Source: an uncultured Alphaproteobacteria bacterium
GTDB taxonomy: Bacteria > Pseudomonadota > Alphaproteobacteria > Methylaequorales > Methylaequoraceae
Assembly: GCA_902550225.1 (NCBI GenBank)
Contig: CACCYL010000002.1
Span: 84,089-148,088 of the forward strand
DNA length: 64,000 nt
Direction of reading: 5' to 3'
The notes under the pieces were generated by a model. It was not told the origin of the DNA. It made no database searches and was given only the letters and a program-made list of their open reading frames with translations. Both the position numbers and the translations under genes were made by a program. Position 1 is the stretch's first letter; each line of letters starts with the position of its first letter. Shown in pieces: positions 1-10,222 of the stretch.

Positions 1-1
1 T

Positions 2-571
2 ACTTACAGTGGAATTAGACAACTGAATAGGAATCCACTGTTATTTAACGAAATTAATGCTGACGGTTTAAAAACTGGACACACATCCTTAGGTGGCTAT
101 GGTCTAGTTGCATCTGTTTTAAAAAATAATCGAAGGTTAATTCTTATATTAAATGGTTTGAAAAGAAATAAAGATAGAAGTGAGGAGTCAGAAAGATTAG
201 TAAAAGTGGGTTTCAATCAATATAAAGTTATCGATCTTTATGACAAAAATCAAACAATTACAAATCTTCAGGTTTGGGGTGGGGGGAAAAAAAATGTCGA
301 TGTGTATTCAAAAGAGAGTGTAAACCTTACTGTGCCCAATAGAATTAAGAATGATTTAGTATTTACAATTAAACATTATAAACCATTACTCGCACCTATA
401 AAAAAAGATCAAAAAGTTGCTGATTTATTTGTAAAAAATAAAAACGCAGAGATTATAAAAAAATTCGAACTTTTTTCGAAAAATGAAATTAAAAAAATGT
501 CTTTTTTTTCTAAAGTTTATAATAACTTAAAATTTTTGTTACTTGGCGACAGTATATTTAAAACAAAATGA
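2..571 (+). CDS. D-alanyl-D-alanine carboxypeptidase (serine-type PBP5/6-like), C-terminal part; the 5' end lies upstream of the window
   Basis: The frame stays open from base 2. It contains the KTG motif (LKTGHTSLGGYG), typical of class A low-MW PBPs, followed by a PBP5-type C-terminal beta-sandwich region. Confidence 0.7.
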   Translation, partial: TYSGIRQLNRNPLLFNEINADGLKTGHTSLGGYGLVASVLKNNRRLILILNGLKRNKDRSEESERLVKVGFNQYKVIDLYDKNQTITNLQVWGGGKKNVDVYSKESVNLTVPNRIKNDLVFTIKHYKPLLAPIKKDQKVADLFVKNKNAEIIKKFELFSKNEIKKMSFFSKVYNNLKFLLLGDSIFKTK

Positions 572-1206
572 AGAAATTTATAACTTTTGAGGGTGGGGAA
601 GGAACCGGAAAATCAACCCAAGCTAAATTGTTATCAAAATCATTATCATCAATAAATGAAAATAATTTGCTCACAAGAGAGCCGGGTGGCACCAAAGTAT
701 CTGATAAGATAAGAAGAATTTTAGTAGAGGACATAAATAATAATATTTCCTCTGATGTTGAATTACTTTTAATTTATGCATCTAGACATCAGCATTTAAA
801 AGAAAAAATAATCCCATCTTTAAAAGAAAAAACAGTAATCTGTGACAGGTATATTCATTCAACAATATCGTATCAATTTGATATGAAAAATTTCTCGAAA
901 AAATTAGATTTTTTTCACCAAAATTTTGCTTTTAATTTGATGCCTGACCTAACTATACTCTTAGACTTAGCACCAGATGTTGGTTTAAAAAGAAGTCTAA
1001 AGATTAAAAATAAAGAAATTAGGTTTGAAAACAAAGATAAAATTTATCATGAAAAAATTAGAAAAAATTTTTTAAAATTAAGTAAAAAATACAAAAATAT
1101 GTATAAAATTGATGCATCTTTATCTAAAAAGGTCATCCATAAAAAAATAATTGATCACTTAAATAAATTATTATTTTTCAAACGTAAACTTCCTTGCGTA
1201 ATTTAA
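568..1206 (+). CDS. tmk: thymidylate kinase
   Basis: P-loop FEGGEGTGKSTQ and the DRY motif (CDRYIHS). It is followed by holB, the conserved tmk-holB-metG-tatD order. Confidence 0.9.
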   Translation: MKKFITFEGGEGTGKSTQAKLLSKSLSSINENNLLTREPGGTKVSDKIRRILVEDINNNISSDVELLLIYASRHQHLKEKIIPSLKEKTVICDRYIHSTISYQFDMKNFSKKLDFFHQNFAFNLMPDLTILLDLAPDVGLKRSLKIKNKEIRFENKDKIYHEKIRKNFLKLSKKYKNMYKIDASLSKKVIHKKIIDHLNKLLFFKRKLPCVI

Positions 1207-2093
1207 TTATGATACACCCAAGTAAAATTATTGGACACAACGAGCAATTAAAGATTTTAAATGAAAGCTATCATGAAAAATTTCCACATGCTTGGATTTT
1301 TAATGGAATTAAAGGAATAGGGAAGTATTCAACTGCAGTAAGTTTCATAAGATCAGTTTGTAAAATAGAAAGAGGTTACACTCAAAATCTTTTTGAAATA
1401 AATTCTGAAGAAAATCCTGTGTTGGTAGACGATATTAGATTACTTATAAATCAAATAAACTTGACCAATGCAAATGAAAATCAAAATTGTTTTATAATTA
1501 TTGATAATGCTAACAGCTTAAATTTCAATTCATACAATGCGATGTTAAAAACAATAGAGGATCCACCCTCGAATACTATCATAATAATTATTTCTCATGA
1601 AATTAAAAGAATCCCAAAAACGATATCATCTAGGTGTATTAAACTTGATTTTAAGCCTTTAAGTAAAAAAGATATGTTTGAATTTTGCAAATATAATCAA
1701 ATTGAGTGCAAGCATTTTGACCTAGAAAAAAACTACTTTTTGACAAATGGAAGTATCGAAAGACTTTTTTTTTTTATAAGTGAGGAAGGTAAAATTATTC
1801 AGGAATATTTTGATAAGTTAAATAAAAATAAAAGTTTCAAGATGTCTGAATTTGAGTTGTTTTATGACCTTATAGGTAATAATTATGATAAATCGTTTTC
1901 TTCGATAATGAATCATATATTTTTTATCCAAAAAAGGAGGTTTCTCAAATATTATAAAAATAAAACTTATATAAAAAAAATTTTAATATTTTTTTCGAAT
2001 ATTAGAATTCTTTATACTCAAAATTTAAATATTGATAAAAAAAAGGAATTATACTACTTACTTTCAGAATATATCAAAACAAATGAATATTAA
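1194..2093 (+). CDS. holB: DNA polymerase III subunit delta'
   Basis: AAA+ clamp-loader-like N-terminus (GIKGIGKYSTAVSF) and its conserved position between tmk and metG. Confidence 0.75.
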   Translation: MRNLIMIHPSKIIGHNEQLKILNESYHEKFPHAWIFNGIKGIGKYSTAVSFIRSVCKIERGYTQNLFEINSEENPVLVDDIRLLINQINLTNANENQNCFIIIDNANSLNFNSYNAMLKTIEDPPSNTIIIIISHEIKRIPKTISSRCIKLDFKPLSKKDMFEFCKYNQIECKHFDLEKNYFLTNGSIERLFFFISEEGKIIQEYFDKLNKNKSFKMSEFELFYDLIGNNYDKSFSSIMNHIFFIQKRRFLKYYKNKTYIKKILIFFSNIRILYTQNLNIDKKKELYYLLSEYIKTNEY

Positions 2094-3612
2094 AAAAACT
2101 TATATTACAACACCGATTTTCTATGTTAATGATCTCCCACATATTGGACACGCATATACTAGTATCATATGTGATACTGTTGCAAGATTTAACAAATTAG
2201 ACGGCAAAGAAATACTTTTTACAACTGGTACAGACGAACATGGAATGAAAGTTGAAAAAGCAGCTAAAAAAAAAGGTGAACAACCTCAAGATTTTGTGGA
2301 TAAAGTTTCTCAAAATTTTAAAGACCTTTCTCAAACTCTCGGAATAATAAATACTGATTTTATTAGAACCACAGAAAAAAGACATAAAAGTTCAGCTATT
2401 TATTTTTGGAACGAACTCTTAAAAAACAACCAAATATATAAAAGCAAATATAGTGGTTGGTATTCGGTTAAGGACGAATCTTATTATCAAGATAAAGAGT
2501 TGATAAAAAAAGGTAACGTCTATACAACACAAGACGGAAGTCAAGTGGACTGGATTGAGGAGGAAAGCTTTTTTTTCAAGTTATCAGAATGGCAGGAAAA
2601 ATTATTAAATTTTTATGAAGAAAATCCAGATTTTGTAATGCCTAAATCCAGAATGAATGAAGTTAAAAGCTTCGTAAAAAGCGGATTAAAAGATTTATCG
2701 ATCTCAAGAACAAGCTTTGACTGGGGAATAAAAGTTCCTGAATCGGAACATATCATGTACGTTTGGATTGATGCACTAACTAATTATTTGACTTCAATTG
2801 GTTATCCAAATATCACAGATGAAAAAATGGAGTATTGGGAAAATTGCATTCATATAATTGGAAAAGACATATTAAAATTTCATGCAATTTATTGGCCCGC
2901 TATGTTAATGGCAATAAACCATACATTGCCTAAAACTATATTTGCACATGGGTGGTGGACAAATGAAGGAAAAAAAATATCAAAGTCTTCGGGAAACACA
3001 ATTGATCCAAATCAAATGATTGAAAAATTTGGTTTGGATCAACTAAGATATTTTCTTTTAAGAGAAGTTCCATTGGGAAACGATGGTGATTTTTCTCAAT
3101 CTTCTTTAATCAATAGAATAAATTCAGATCTATCAAATAATCTAGGAAACTTAATTCAGAGAGTTGTTAAATTTATTAACAAGAATTTTAACAACTCTGT
3201 TCCAAATTCATTAAGAGAAGAAGCAGACAAAATAAAACTTATATGTCAAGGTTATGAAATGATAATAACAGTAAAAAAAAAAATGAAGGAATTTCAGATA
3301 AGCAAATGTCTTGAAGATATCTTCTTCTACATAGATGAATTAAATAAATATATGGATGAAAGTCAGCCTTGGAATAGTTTTAAAATAGATCCAAAAAAAG
3401 CAGGCAAAGATCTTTCAATTCTTATAGAATGCTTTAGGGTGATTGGAATTGTACTTCAGCCATTTATTCCAAATGCTTCAAAAAAGATTTTAGACATTTT
3501 AAATATTAATAATGAGTCAAGAGGGTTCAATAATCTCAATTCTAAAAATATACTTATGAGCAACCATGTATTGAATAAACCCTCACCAATATTTCCAAGA
3601 TATGAAAAATAA
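2083..3612 (+). CDS. metG: methionine--tRNA ligase
   Basis: HIGH motif (PHIGHAYT) and KMSKS motif (KISKSSGN). The likely start is the ATG at 2083 (MNIKKTYITT), which overlaps the end of holB. Confidence 0.92.
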   Translation: MNIKKTYITTPIFYVNDLPHIGHAYTSIICDTVARFNKLDGKEILFTTGTDEHGMKVEKAAKKKGEQPQDFVDKVSQNFKDLSQTLGIINTDFIRTTEKRHKSSAIYFWNELLKNNQIYKSKYSGWYSVKDESYYQDKELIKKGNVYTTQDGSQVDWIEEESFFFKLSEWQEKLLNFYEENPDFVMPKSRMNEVKSFVKSGLKDLSISRTSFDWGIKVPESEHIMYVWIDALTNYLTSIGYPNITDEKMEYWENCIHIIGKDILKFHAIYWPAMLMAINHTLPKTIFAHGWWTNEGKKISKSSGNTIDPNQMIEKFGLDQLRYFLLREVPLGNDGDFSQSSLINRINSDLSNNLGNLIQRVVKFINKNFNNSVPNSLREEADKIKLICQGYEMIITVKKKMKEFQISKCLEDIFFYIDELNKYMDESQPWNSFKIDPKKAGKDLSILIECFRVIGIVLQPFIPNASKKILDILNINNESRGFNNLNSKNILMSNHVLNKPSPIFPRYEK

Positions 3613-4408
3613 AATAGTCGATTCACACTGTCATTTAAATTTTGACGATTTTAAAGATGATCTTGATAATGTGATTACAAATGCGAAAGATAAAGATGTA
3701 GATTACATGTTAAGTATATCAATTAATTTAGAAAAGTTTGAGGAGATTTACAATTTAACTCAAAAATATAAAAATATTTGGTGTACTACTGGAGTTCATC
3801 CAAATAATGTTCCAAAGAAGTTAGATATTAAAAATATTATAAAACTCAAATCACAATTGTTGAAAAATTTACTGAAAAAGAAAGTTGTGGGTATTGGTGA
3901 AACCGGACTCGATTATTATAGAAGTTTAGAAAACAAGCAAAATCAAATAGATTTTTTTGAAACACACATGCAAGTCTCTGGAGAAACAAACTCTCCAACT
4001 GTAATTCATACTAGAAATGCAGATGAAGATACAATTTTCTTTTTAGATCAATTTGTAAAGAAATATAATTCTAAAGGCCTAATACATTGTTTTTCATCTG
4101 GAAAATCTCTTGCTAATTGTGCTTTAGATAACGGTTTTTACATATCATTTTCTGGGGTTATTACCTATGATAAGGCTGATGAAATTAGAAAAATTGTTAA
4201 GTATGTCCCCTTAAATAAAATTCTTGTAGAAACAGATTCACCATACCTTGCTCCTGTACCTAAAAGAGGCAAAAGAAATGAGCCTGCATTCACGAAATAT
4301 ACATTAGAGCAAATAGCAAAAATTAAGAAAATTGATATTGAGGAGGTCGCAAACGAAACTACAAAGAATTTTTTTAATTTATTTTCAAAGGCCAAAGATG
4401 CAACTTAA
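3602..4408 (+). CDS. tatD: TatD family metal-dependent DNase/hydrolase
   Basis: N-terminal DSHCHL motif and conserved His/Asp/Glu metal ligands, directly downstream of metG. Confidence 0.88.
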   Translation: MKNKIVDSHCHLNFDDFKDDLDNVITNAKDKDVDYMLSISINLEKFEEIYNLTQKYKNIWCTTGVHPNNVPKKLDIKNIIKLKSQLLKNLLKKKVVGIGETGLDYYRSLENKQNQIDFFETHMQVSGETNSPTVIHTRNADEDTIFFLDQFVKKYNSKGLIHCFSSGKSLANCALDNGFYISFSGVITYDKADEIRKIVKYVPLNKILVETDSPYLAPVPKRGKRNEPAFTKYTLEQIAKIKKIDIEEVANETTKNFFNLFSKAKDAT

Positions 4409-5174
4409 AATAACTGTTTTGGGTTGTGGAAGTTCTTCTGGTGTACCAGCAATTGGAAACAATTGGGGTGATTGTAACCCAGAGAATCCCAAGAACAGAA
4501 GACTAAGATCGTCGATTTTAATTGAATCTCCTAGCGTTTCAATATTAGTTGATGCTACTCCAGATTTGAGACAACAACTTTTGAATGCAAATGTTAAAAA
4601 TTTGGACGCAGTCTTAATTACTCATTGTCACGCAGACCATATCAATGGCATTGATGACTTTAGATTTTTAAACGTCTTAATGAAAAAGGATTTAAATTTG
4701 TATGCTACCAAAGAAAATATAGACGAAATTAGAAGAAGATTTGCATATGTTTTTGATAAACTATCTCCCAAGGCCAAAGGTTTTTACTATAAACCTTGTT
4801 TAATTCCAAATGAAATAAATGGATTATTTAAAGTTAAAAATTTAGATATTTTGAGTTTTCAGCAAGATCATGGCTTTGGATTATCAACGGGATTTAGGAT
4901 AAACAATTTTGCTTATTGTTCAGACGTTTTTGATATAAGTCCAGAGATTTTAAAAAAACTCGAAAATTTGGATTTATGGATTGTAGATTGTTTAAGATTT
5001 GAACCTCATAAATCTCATGCACATTACGATAAAGTTATGAAATGGATAGAAATTATTAAACCAAAAAAAACTATTCTAACTCACATGAACTACGAAGTTG
5101 ATTACGACCATATCAACTCGCTTTGTCCTGATAATTGTCAAGCTGCATACGATGGACTAAGGTTAATTGTCTAA
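4398..5174 (+). CDS. MBL-fold metallo-hydrolase, PhnP/PqqB-like
   Basis: HCHADH motif. The Gly-rich N-terminus (LGCGSSSGVP...RRLRSSILIES) is shared by PqqB/PhnP-type MBL proteins. The start is taken at the ATG at 4398 (MQLKITVLG). Confidence 0.75.
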   Translation: MQLKITVLGCGSSSGVPAIGNNWGDCNPENPKNRRLRSSILIESPSVSILVDATPDLRQQLLNANVKNLDAVLITHCHADHINGIDDFRFLNVLMKKDLNLYATKENIDEIRRRFAYVFDKLSPKAKGFYYKPCLIPNEINGLFKVKNLDILSFQQDHGFGLSTGFRINNFAYCSDVFDISPEILKKLENLDLWIVDCLRFEPHKSHAHYDKVMKWIEIIKPKKTILTHMNYEVDYDHINSLCPDNCQAAYDGLRLIV

Positions 5175-6061
5175 TTATTTAAAATTATTTTTTCAAGTTT
5201 TAATATCTCCCCAAGGAAAGAGGTAACTGCTTTTATTCTTTGTAAGTTGTATAAATTTTCATGAACTACTAACCAATACTCTCTCTTTATATTCACGAGA
5301 TTTGGTAGCACAGGAACCAAATCCTGATGATTTCTTGCTATAAAAGAATGCAAAAGTCCTAGCCCAACCCCTTTTTTAACAGCATGTAATTGAGAACGAA
5401 GGCTATTACTAGAAAATATCACATTAAGTTTGTTGTTAATTTCTTTAAGATAATTTAATTCAGGAAACTCTATTAATTCGTCAACATAGCTAACGAAATT
5501 ATGACTATTTAAATCTTTTATACTTTTGATACTATTAAAATCTTTCTTATAATTTTTAGAACCATATAGTTTTACGAAATAATCACACAATTTCCAAGAT
5601 AAGAGTCTTCCTTTATTAGGTCGGGACAAAGATATAAGTACATCAGCCTCGTGGTTAGATAAACTTCGTGATTTTGTGTCCGCAAGAAGTTCGATTTCAA
5701 TTTCTGGGAATCTTTCGTAGAAAAGATTTAAATTTTTACTTATTATTTCAACACCCAGTCCTTCTCCAACACTTAATCTTACTTTTCCTCTGATTTTGGG
5801 ATTTGATTTTAAAAAATTATCGTTTATTTCAAATACTTCATTTTCAATCTTTTCAACATATCTTAATAACTCAACTCCTTTTTCTGTTAAAATATATCCT
5901 TTAGGAGATTTATTGAATAGATCAGATTCAATGTTTTTTTCCAGTCTTGCAATTCTCCTTGCAATTGTGGTTGGTTCAACTTTTAATTTTTTCGACGCTA
6001 GCTTTAACTTTGAACATCTAGAAAGTGCAAGAAAAGAGCTTAAATCGTTCCAATTAAACAT
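5171..6061 (-). CDS. LysR-family transcriptional regulator
   Basis: N-terminal HTH (PTTIARRIARLE) plus a LysR substrate-binding domain. It is divergent from mmsA. Confidence 0.85.
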   Translation of the reverse strand: MFNWNDLSSFLALSRCSKLKLASKKLKVEPTTIARRIARLEKNIESDLFNKSPKGYILTEKGVELLRYVEKIENEVFEINDNFLKSNPKIRGKVRLSVGEGLGVEIISKNLNLFYERFPEIEIELLADTKSRSLSNHEADVLISLSRPNKGRLLSWKLCDYFVKLYGSKNYKKDFNSIKSIKDLNSHNFVSYVDELIEFPELNYLKEINNKLNVIFSSNSLRSQLHAVKKGVGLGLLHSFIARNHQDLVPVLPNLVNIKREYWLVVHENLYNLQRIKAVTSFLGEILKLEKIILNN

Positions 6062-6164
6062 GAGGAAATAATATATTCAAATCAATGTTTTTAAAATGCT
6101 TTTTTGCATTTTTATAATTCAAAAATTAAAATTGAAATGCAAATAGGTTAATGTACAATAATAT

Positions 6165-7673
6165 ATGATGGTAGAAAATTTAGGACATATAGTCAACGGA
6201 AAATCAATTCATGATTATGGCACTCCCATTGAAGTTTTTGATCCTTCGAATGGTAAGGTCATTTCAACTATTTCGAATGCTTCTGATAAAACAATTGAAA
6301 ACACATTGAACAACTCAACTGAAGCGTTCAATGAATGGAAAACTTTTTCAATTGCTAAACGCTCCTCCATTTTATTTGAATACAAAATCTTGCTAGAAAA
6401 AAATATACAAAAACTTGCGGAAATAATAAGTAAGGATTTAGGTAAAGTTCACGATGATGCAGTGGGCGAGATTAGAAGAGGTATTGAAAATGTAGAGTAT
6501 GCCTGCGGCATAGGAGAAATTTTAAAGGGAGAGTTTAACAAAAATATTAGTACTTCTGTAGACTCATGGAGTGAATTTTCCCCATTGGGACCCGTTTTAG
6601 GTATTACGCCATTCAACTTTCCTGCAATGGTTCCTCTTTGGATGTTTCCACTTGCGATTGCTGCTGGAAACTCTTTTATTTTAAAACCATCAGAAAAAGA
6701 TCCACTTGGTTCTATGTTTATAGTTGAGCTTTTTAATCAAACTAAAGCTCCTCGTGGACTCTTAAATTTATTAAACGGAGATAAGAGTGTAGTAAATAAG
6801 TTAATAAAAGATGACAGAATAAAAGCTGTAAGTTTTGTAGGTTCAACACCTGTTGCTAAAAATATATATGAAACCTCTGCAATTTCAGGTAAAAGATGTC
6901 AAGCTCTTGGTGGTGCTAAGAATCATGCTTTGATTTTACCTGATGCTGATATAGATTATACAACAGATCAATTGATATCTGCTGCTTACGGTTCGTCAGG
7001 TCAGCGTTGTATGGCTTTATCTGTTGCCGTAGTTTTTTCAGATATAAAGGATGAATTTATTCAAGATCTTGAAAGAAAAGTGCAGAAATTAAAATTTGGA
7101 CTAGACGATCTTCATTCTAATAGTTTTGGCCCATTAGTTTCAAAAGAGCATTTAGAATCGGTTAAAAATTATATAGACATGTCTGAAGGGGAGGGAGCCA
7201 GAGTTTTAGTTGATGGGAGAGATCTTCTCAAAAGAAATAATTCTAATGATGGTTATTTTCTTGGTCCTACTATTATTGACAATGTATCCTCTGATATGAA
7301 ATCATACCAGAATGAAATATTTGGTCCAGTTCTTCAAGTTATGGAAGTAAATAAGTTATCAGATGCAATTAAACTTATTAATAATAACAGATTTGGAAAT
7401 GGATGTTGTATTTTTACAAGAAATGGAGAACAAGCAAGGACATTTTCTGAAAATGTAGAAATTGGTATGGTAGGTGTAAATATTCCACTGCCAGTTCCGA
7501 CTTCATTTCATAGTTTTGGAGGGTGGAAGAATTCTCTATTTGGTGATCTAAATATATATGGTCCAGATGGTGTTAGATTTTACACTCAAAGAAAAACAAT
7601 TACTCAAAGATGGCCATCTTCTGGATCGTCTAAAGGAGTAGATTTATCAATGCCTAATAATTTAAAACAATAA
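6165..7673 (+). CDS. mmsA: methylmalonate-semialdehyde dehydrogenase (CoA-acylating)
   Basis: ALDH superfamily with the catalytic Cys (GQRCMA) and the Glu region. The FNFPAMVPLWMFP...ILKPSEKDP block is typical of MmsA. There is a divergent LysR regulator. Confidence 0.85.
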   Translation: MMVENLGHIVNGKSIHDYGTPIEVFDPSNGKVISTISNASDKTIENTLNNSTEAFNEWKTFSIAKRSSILFEYKILLEKNIQKLAEIISKDLGKVHDDAVGEIRRGIENVEYACGIGEILKGEFNKNISTSVDSWSEFSPLGPVLGITPFNFPAMVPLWMFPLAIAAGNSFILKPSEKDPLGSMFIVELFNQTKAPRGLLNLLNGDKSVVNKLIKDDRIKAVSFVGSTPVAKNIYETSAISGKRCQALGGAKNHALILPDADIDYTTDQLISAAYGSSGQRCMALSVAVVFSDIKDEFIQDLERKVQKLKFGLDDLHSNSFGPLVSKEHLESVKNYIDMSEGEGARVLVDGRDLLKRNNSNDGYFLGPTIIDNVSSDMKSYQNEIFGPVLQVMEVNKLSDAIKLINNNRFGNGCCIFTRNGEQARTFSENVEIGMVGVNIPLPVPTSFHSFGGWKNSLFGDLNIYGPDGVRFYTQRKTITQRWPSSGSSKGVDLSMPNNLKQ

Positions 7674-7684
7674 AAGGAGTAAAA

Positions 7685-8566
7685 ATGAAAAAGTTATTGA
7701 TGATACTTGCGATATTTTCGCTAAATTTTTTAGATAAAACTGCCCACGCTGATGGTCACGTTGAGAAAGTCTGGGAAACAGAAAAAATTTTCGAATTGCC
7801 AGAGTCTGTAATTTATGATGCAACGAATGATGTTCTCTATGTTTCAAATATTACAGACCATCCATTCAAAAAAGATGGTACTGGATACATTTCTAAAATG
7901 GGCCTCGATGGAACTATCATTAAGAAAAAATGGATTGATAAGCTTAATGCTCCTAAAGGGCTTACAATTAGTAAAGACAAATTATATATCGCTGACGTTG
8001 ACGAATTAGTAGAAGTAGACATCGCTACTGCTAAGGTTACAAACAAATATAAAGGTTACGGTTCGGTATGTATGAATGACGTAACTCACGATAAGTATGG
8101 TAATGTTTATGTGGGTGATACATATAATGACACTATATATAGGTTGAATCAATTCGGACAACTTCCTGCATGGTTTTATAGTCCTGGATTAGCGCCTAAT
8201 GGAATTCACATTGATGATGAAGAGGGTAATCTAATTGTTGGAAGCTGGGGAGCAGTTATGGAAGGCTGGGGAACTCCAGAGCTGAAAGGAAGCCTGAAAA
8301 GTATTAATATTCACACCAAGGAAATAAAGAATCTTGGTAAGAAACCTATTGGTAATTTAGACGGTATAGAGCCAGATGGTAAAGGCTCATACTTTGTTAC
8401 TGATTGGACCGGTGCAAAGCTTTATAACATTAACAAAAAGGGAAAATTTAAAGTAATAGCTGAAGTTGGTAAAGGTGCTGCTGATCATGAGGTTATTTTA
8501 GATAAGAATCTTATTATTATTCCAGTAATGGCTGAAGGAAAGGTTGTTGCCCTAAAAGTTAAATAA
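7685..8566 (+). CDS. secreted beta-propeller protein (SGL/NHL-like), function unknown
   Basis: Signal peptide MKKLLMILAIFSLNFLDKTAHA, followed by a repeated blade-like organisation. Confidence 0.5.
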   Translation: MKKLLMILAIFSLNFLDKTAHADGHVEKVWETEKIFELPESVIYDATNDVLYVSNITDHPFKKDGTGYISKMGLDGTIIKKKWIDKLNAPKGLTISKDKLYIADVDELVEVDIATAKVTNKYKGYGSVCMNDVTHDKYGNVYVGDTYNDTIYRLNQFGQLPAWFYSPGLAPNGIHIDDEEGNLIVGSWGAVMEGWGTPELKGSLKSINIHTKEIKNLGKKPIGNLDGIEPDGKGSYFVTDWTGAKLYNINKKGKFKVIAEVGKGAADHEVILDKNLIIIPVMAEGKVVALKVK

Positions 8567-8570
8567 GAAA

Positions 8571-9947
8571 ATGTCATCACAAAAACTAGGAATATTTAAT
8601 AGCTTATCAAAACCATTTGTTAAACTAGTTGAAAAATATTATCCAGATGCATTTATTTTTGTAATTGTTTTATCTGTGTTAACATTTGTTTTAGCACTTG
8701 TTAGCACAGATTCAACTCCCACTGAAGTTTTAGAAGCGTGGGGTAACGGTCTGCCAAAACTGTTTACTTTTACTGCTCAAATAACAATTATAATGATAAC
8801 AGCGCATGCTCTAGCGCATACCAAGCCCGTTGAAAATATTTTATCGAAAATAGGCTCTTATCCTAATTCGCAAATAAAAGCTTATGCCCTAGTTACGTTT
8901 ATTTCGGGCTTAGCAAGTTTATTTGCCTGGTCATTTGGATTAATTGTTGGTGGTATTATTTCAAAATTTGTGGCAATTGGATGCACAAAAAAAAGAATAA
9001 GGATTCATTATCCTCTTTTAGTTGCATCTGCTTATTCTGGTTATGTGATTTGGCATATGGGATATTCTTCTTCTGCAGCATTATTTGTATCCTCTAGTGG
9101 ACACTCTTTAGAGGAACAAATAGGAATTCTCCCTGTTACAGAAACAATATTTACTAATTTTAATATAACGTTAGCAATAATAACTCTTGCGATTATAACA
9201 ATCATAAATCCTTTAATGAGACCTACGAATAAAACAGAGATTAAAGAGATAGATCCAAATGTTTTTCGATTTAGTAAAAGTAATGACGATGAAAAAAATC
9301 TAAACCCAAACAATAGAACATTTGCACAAGTAGTTGAAAATAATAGATTAATTAGTCTGTTTGTAGGTTTTGTCTTGTTGTTTTTCATTTTTTATATTTT
9401 CCATCAAAAAGGATTTTCCTTAGATTTAAACCTGGTCAGTTGGACATTTTTAGGGCTGGGACTTATTTTATCTAGTTCGCCAATTCATTATGTGAAATTA
9501 GTAAATAATGCTGCAATAACAGTTGGACCAATTATTCTTCAATATCCGTTTTATGCTGGAATAATGGGCATGATGGCTGATACTGGTCTGATAAATGTAG
9601 TAGCAGCAAAAATTTCTCAAATTTCATCTGCTGAAACTTTAGGTTTTTATTCCTTTTTATCAGGTGGCCTGGTAAATATGTTTATTCCTTCCGGTGGAGG
9701 GCAGTGGGCAGTTCAAGGACCAGTAATGATAGAAGCTGCAAGAAACTTGAATGTGGAGCCATATGTCGTTGTTCTTGGTGTAGCTTATGGAGATCAATGG
9801 ACTAATATGATACAACCTTTTTGGACAATACCTCTTCTCGCAATAGCTGGTCTCCACATGAGACAAATTATGGGTTATACATTTGTAATATTTTTAATTA
9901 CCGGGTTTTTGTACGGAGGGGGTATGCTTTATCTAGGATCTGGATAG
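8571..9947 (+). CDS. atoE: short-chain fatty acid transporter (AtoE family)
   Basis: Polytopic membrane protein with an AtoE-like N-terminus (YYPDAFIFVIVLSVLTFVLAL...EAWGNG). Confidence 0.7.
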   Translation: MSSQKLGIFNSLSKPFVKLVEKYYPDAFIFVIVLSVLTFVLALVSTDSTPTEVLEAWGNGLPKLFTFTAQITIIMITAHALAHTKPVENILSKIGSYPNSQIKAYALVTFISGLASLFAWSFGLIVGGIISKFVAIGCTKKRIRIHYPLLVASAYSGYVIWHMGYSSSAALFVSSSGHSLEEQIGILPVTETIFTNFNITLAIITLAIITIINPLMRPTNKTEIKEIDPNVFRFSKSNDDEKNLNPNNRTFAQVVENNRLISLFVGFVLLFFIFYIFHQKGFSLDLNLVSWTFLGLGLILSSSPIHYVKLVNNAAITVGPIILQYPFYAGIMGMMADTGLINVVAAKISQISSAETLGFYSFLSGGLVNMFIPSGGGQWAVQGPVMIEAARNLNVEPYVVVLGVAYGDQWTNMIQPFWTIPLLAIAGLHMRQIMGYTFVIFLITGFLYGGGMLYLGSG

Positions 9948-10222
9948 CTATAATCTGAAAAAAAAATAAGTACGCAATAAACTAAATTCTGACAAGTTTC
10001 TAAATAAAGATATTCTTTCAGTCGTATAATATATATTATGTTAAATTATTAGTTTAAAAAATTTCACAGTTAATTGTCGTTTATTTAATTAATTTTTAGT
10101 CAGTAAAAAGTTTGGTTTACCAACATTGATTATTATAATCATAACTTTTGATGTAAAACTTTTTCTATTTGATAATTAGTGTATCTTATAATTTTTAAAA
10201 TTAATTGGATTTTAATAAAACT

